64,000 bases of DNA from contig CM103819.1 in the NCBI GenBank assembly GCA_047288015.1, forward strand, positions 32,753,354-32,817,353, written 5' to 3'. A program made the translations under genes and the position numbers. Positions 62,900 to 64,000 of the stretch are shown one piece after another. This stretch comes from Mactra antiquata. Lineage: Eukaryota. A model generated the notes under the pieces. The model was not told where the DNA came from. It saw nothing but the letters and a program-made list of their open reading frames with translations, and did not search any database. Position 1 is the first letter of the stretch. The number at the start of each line of letters is the position of its first letter.

Positions 62900-64000
62900 T
62901 GCGTTATTTTACTATTTAGACGATAGCTTTGTTTTTCGATATACATTGTGCTATTTCGACAATTATATTAAATATTTCCTTCAAAGCACGAGTTTCAATT
63001 AGATTGGACATCCAAATGTGTAATAATGACCAAGACGACTTCTATCGATAAATCAATTACTTGATGCATCCAGACAAGAATTGAACTCTGGAAGCTGTTA
63101 ATGTTGTAAGGATGTTAAAGCAATAAAATATATGTCAGAAATTACACATGTTATCCTATGTAGCCTAACTTCTACAACGAAATGTAAGATAAATGTAGTC
63201 GCAACCTAATGAACCTACACGTTCAAAATTTTACATTTGGTTAGTTGCACAATAGCGGATCCAGAAGTTTTCATAGGAGTCCATGATAAGCATTTTTATC
63301 AGTATTCAGAACACAAAAAATAATCCCAACCCAACACGTTTAACTTTTTCATATATTTTGTAAATGCCTGGTGACTCCCCTCAATTGTGTCTGAGTGTTC
63401 TATAACTTTACATAACAGCATTACTTTTGTCCATACACCACCGCCATTAGCTTCCTCTAGATGATTTTCTATTTTTAATTGTAATAATTGTCTATTTTCA
63501 TCAGTATTACTATAATTACGATTATATACTTATATATTTACGTATTATTATTATGTTATTTGTGATTTTGTTTACATGTTTTTCTCAAATTCATTAACAG
63601 GAATATTTCAATTGTTTATTAAATTTTGTGTAATACGATACATTATATGAATATTCATTTATTTTGTGTAATTGTATTTTATCAAATAAATATAACAAAC
63701 AACGCAGTGTAACCTGACAATGCTGAACCCTGAGAAATCCAGAATCTCTGAATTGAGAATCGTATTCTGGGTCAAATTGGAGCATCCGGATGCAACAAAA
63801 ACTCTGAAAATTCCGGAAACCTGCTTTGTCTTGGCGAAAAAATCGGCTAGTCTTGTTCAGGTGCTTTACGCTGCTTCATTCATCCAATTCGCTGTAGTAA
63901 AAAGGTAACCTCATTTGATCCGTTTTCACTGTTGTTTATGGTGCTAGGAGTATGTTACCTTCCTCAAAGAACTGAATACTTCACCATATGTGGAGAAAGA

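Noticed and set aside
1-64000. A prokaryotic reading of the window (operons, defence island, CRISPR, or a novel system as hinted by the prompt)
   Set aside because: The only recognisable protein family is split into exons with canonical GT-AG boundaries and conserved phases across three paralogs. The intervening DNA is full of poly-A-tailed tRNA-derived SINEs and MITEs. ORF density is very low, and no Shine-Dalgarno-spaced gene arrays exist. This is metazoan nuclear DNA, and none of the tandem repeats has the repeat-spacer organisation of CRISPR.

Overview
This window is eukaryotic, not prokaryotic. It is AT-rich metazoan nuclear DNA with spliceosomal GT-AG introns and poly-A-tailed tRNA-derived SINEs, plausibly from an invertebrate such as a bivalve mollusc, though the taxon is only a guess. 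The dominant feature is a tandem, same-orientation (minus strand) cluster of three paralogous genes for betaine--homocysteine S-methyltransferase-like enzymes (Pfam S-methyl_trans / Hcy-binding domain). Copy A spans about 1.8-6.1 kb, copy B 13.8-24.0 kb and copy C 36.0-40.0 kb. Each copy has six recognisable coding exons whose lengths, phases and GT-AG boundaries match between copies. The zinc-ligand cysteine motifs (G[LI]NC and GLCCG) are intact in all three. A short 5' ATG-bearing exon is implied for every copy but was not located. Introns and intergenic DNA hold many tRNA-derived SINE copies (about 20 listed) in at least three families, two of which share a conserved 3' tail. There is also a MITE family with terminal inverted repeats (three copies), several tandem arrays, a 3-kb block rich in a GTCCCGTAAATTA motif that looks like a DNA-transposon remnant with a 162-aa ORF, and a pair of 230-bp direct repeats. 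A phase-consistent candidate 3-exon gene lies on the plus strand between 48.8 and 62.9 kb. There is no CRISPR array, rRNA, bona fide tRNA gene or prokaryotic-style operon, and no defence-system-like architecture. The ORF-track 'M' starts are often TTG/GTG and are not real eukaryotic starts. All exon boundaries were traced by hand and may be off by a few bases.
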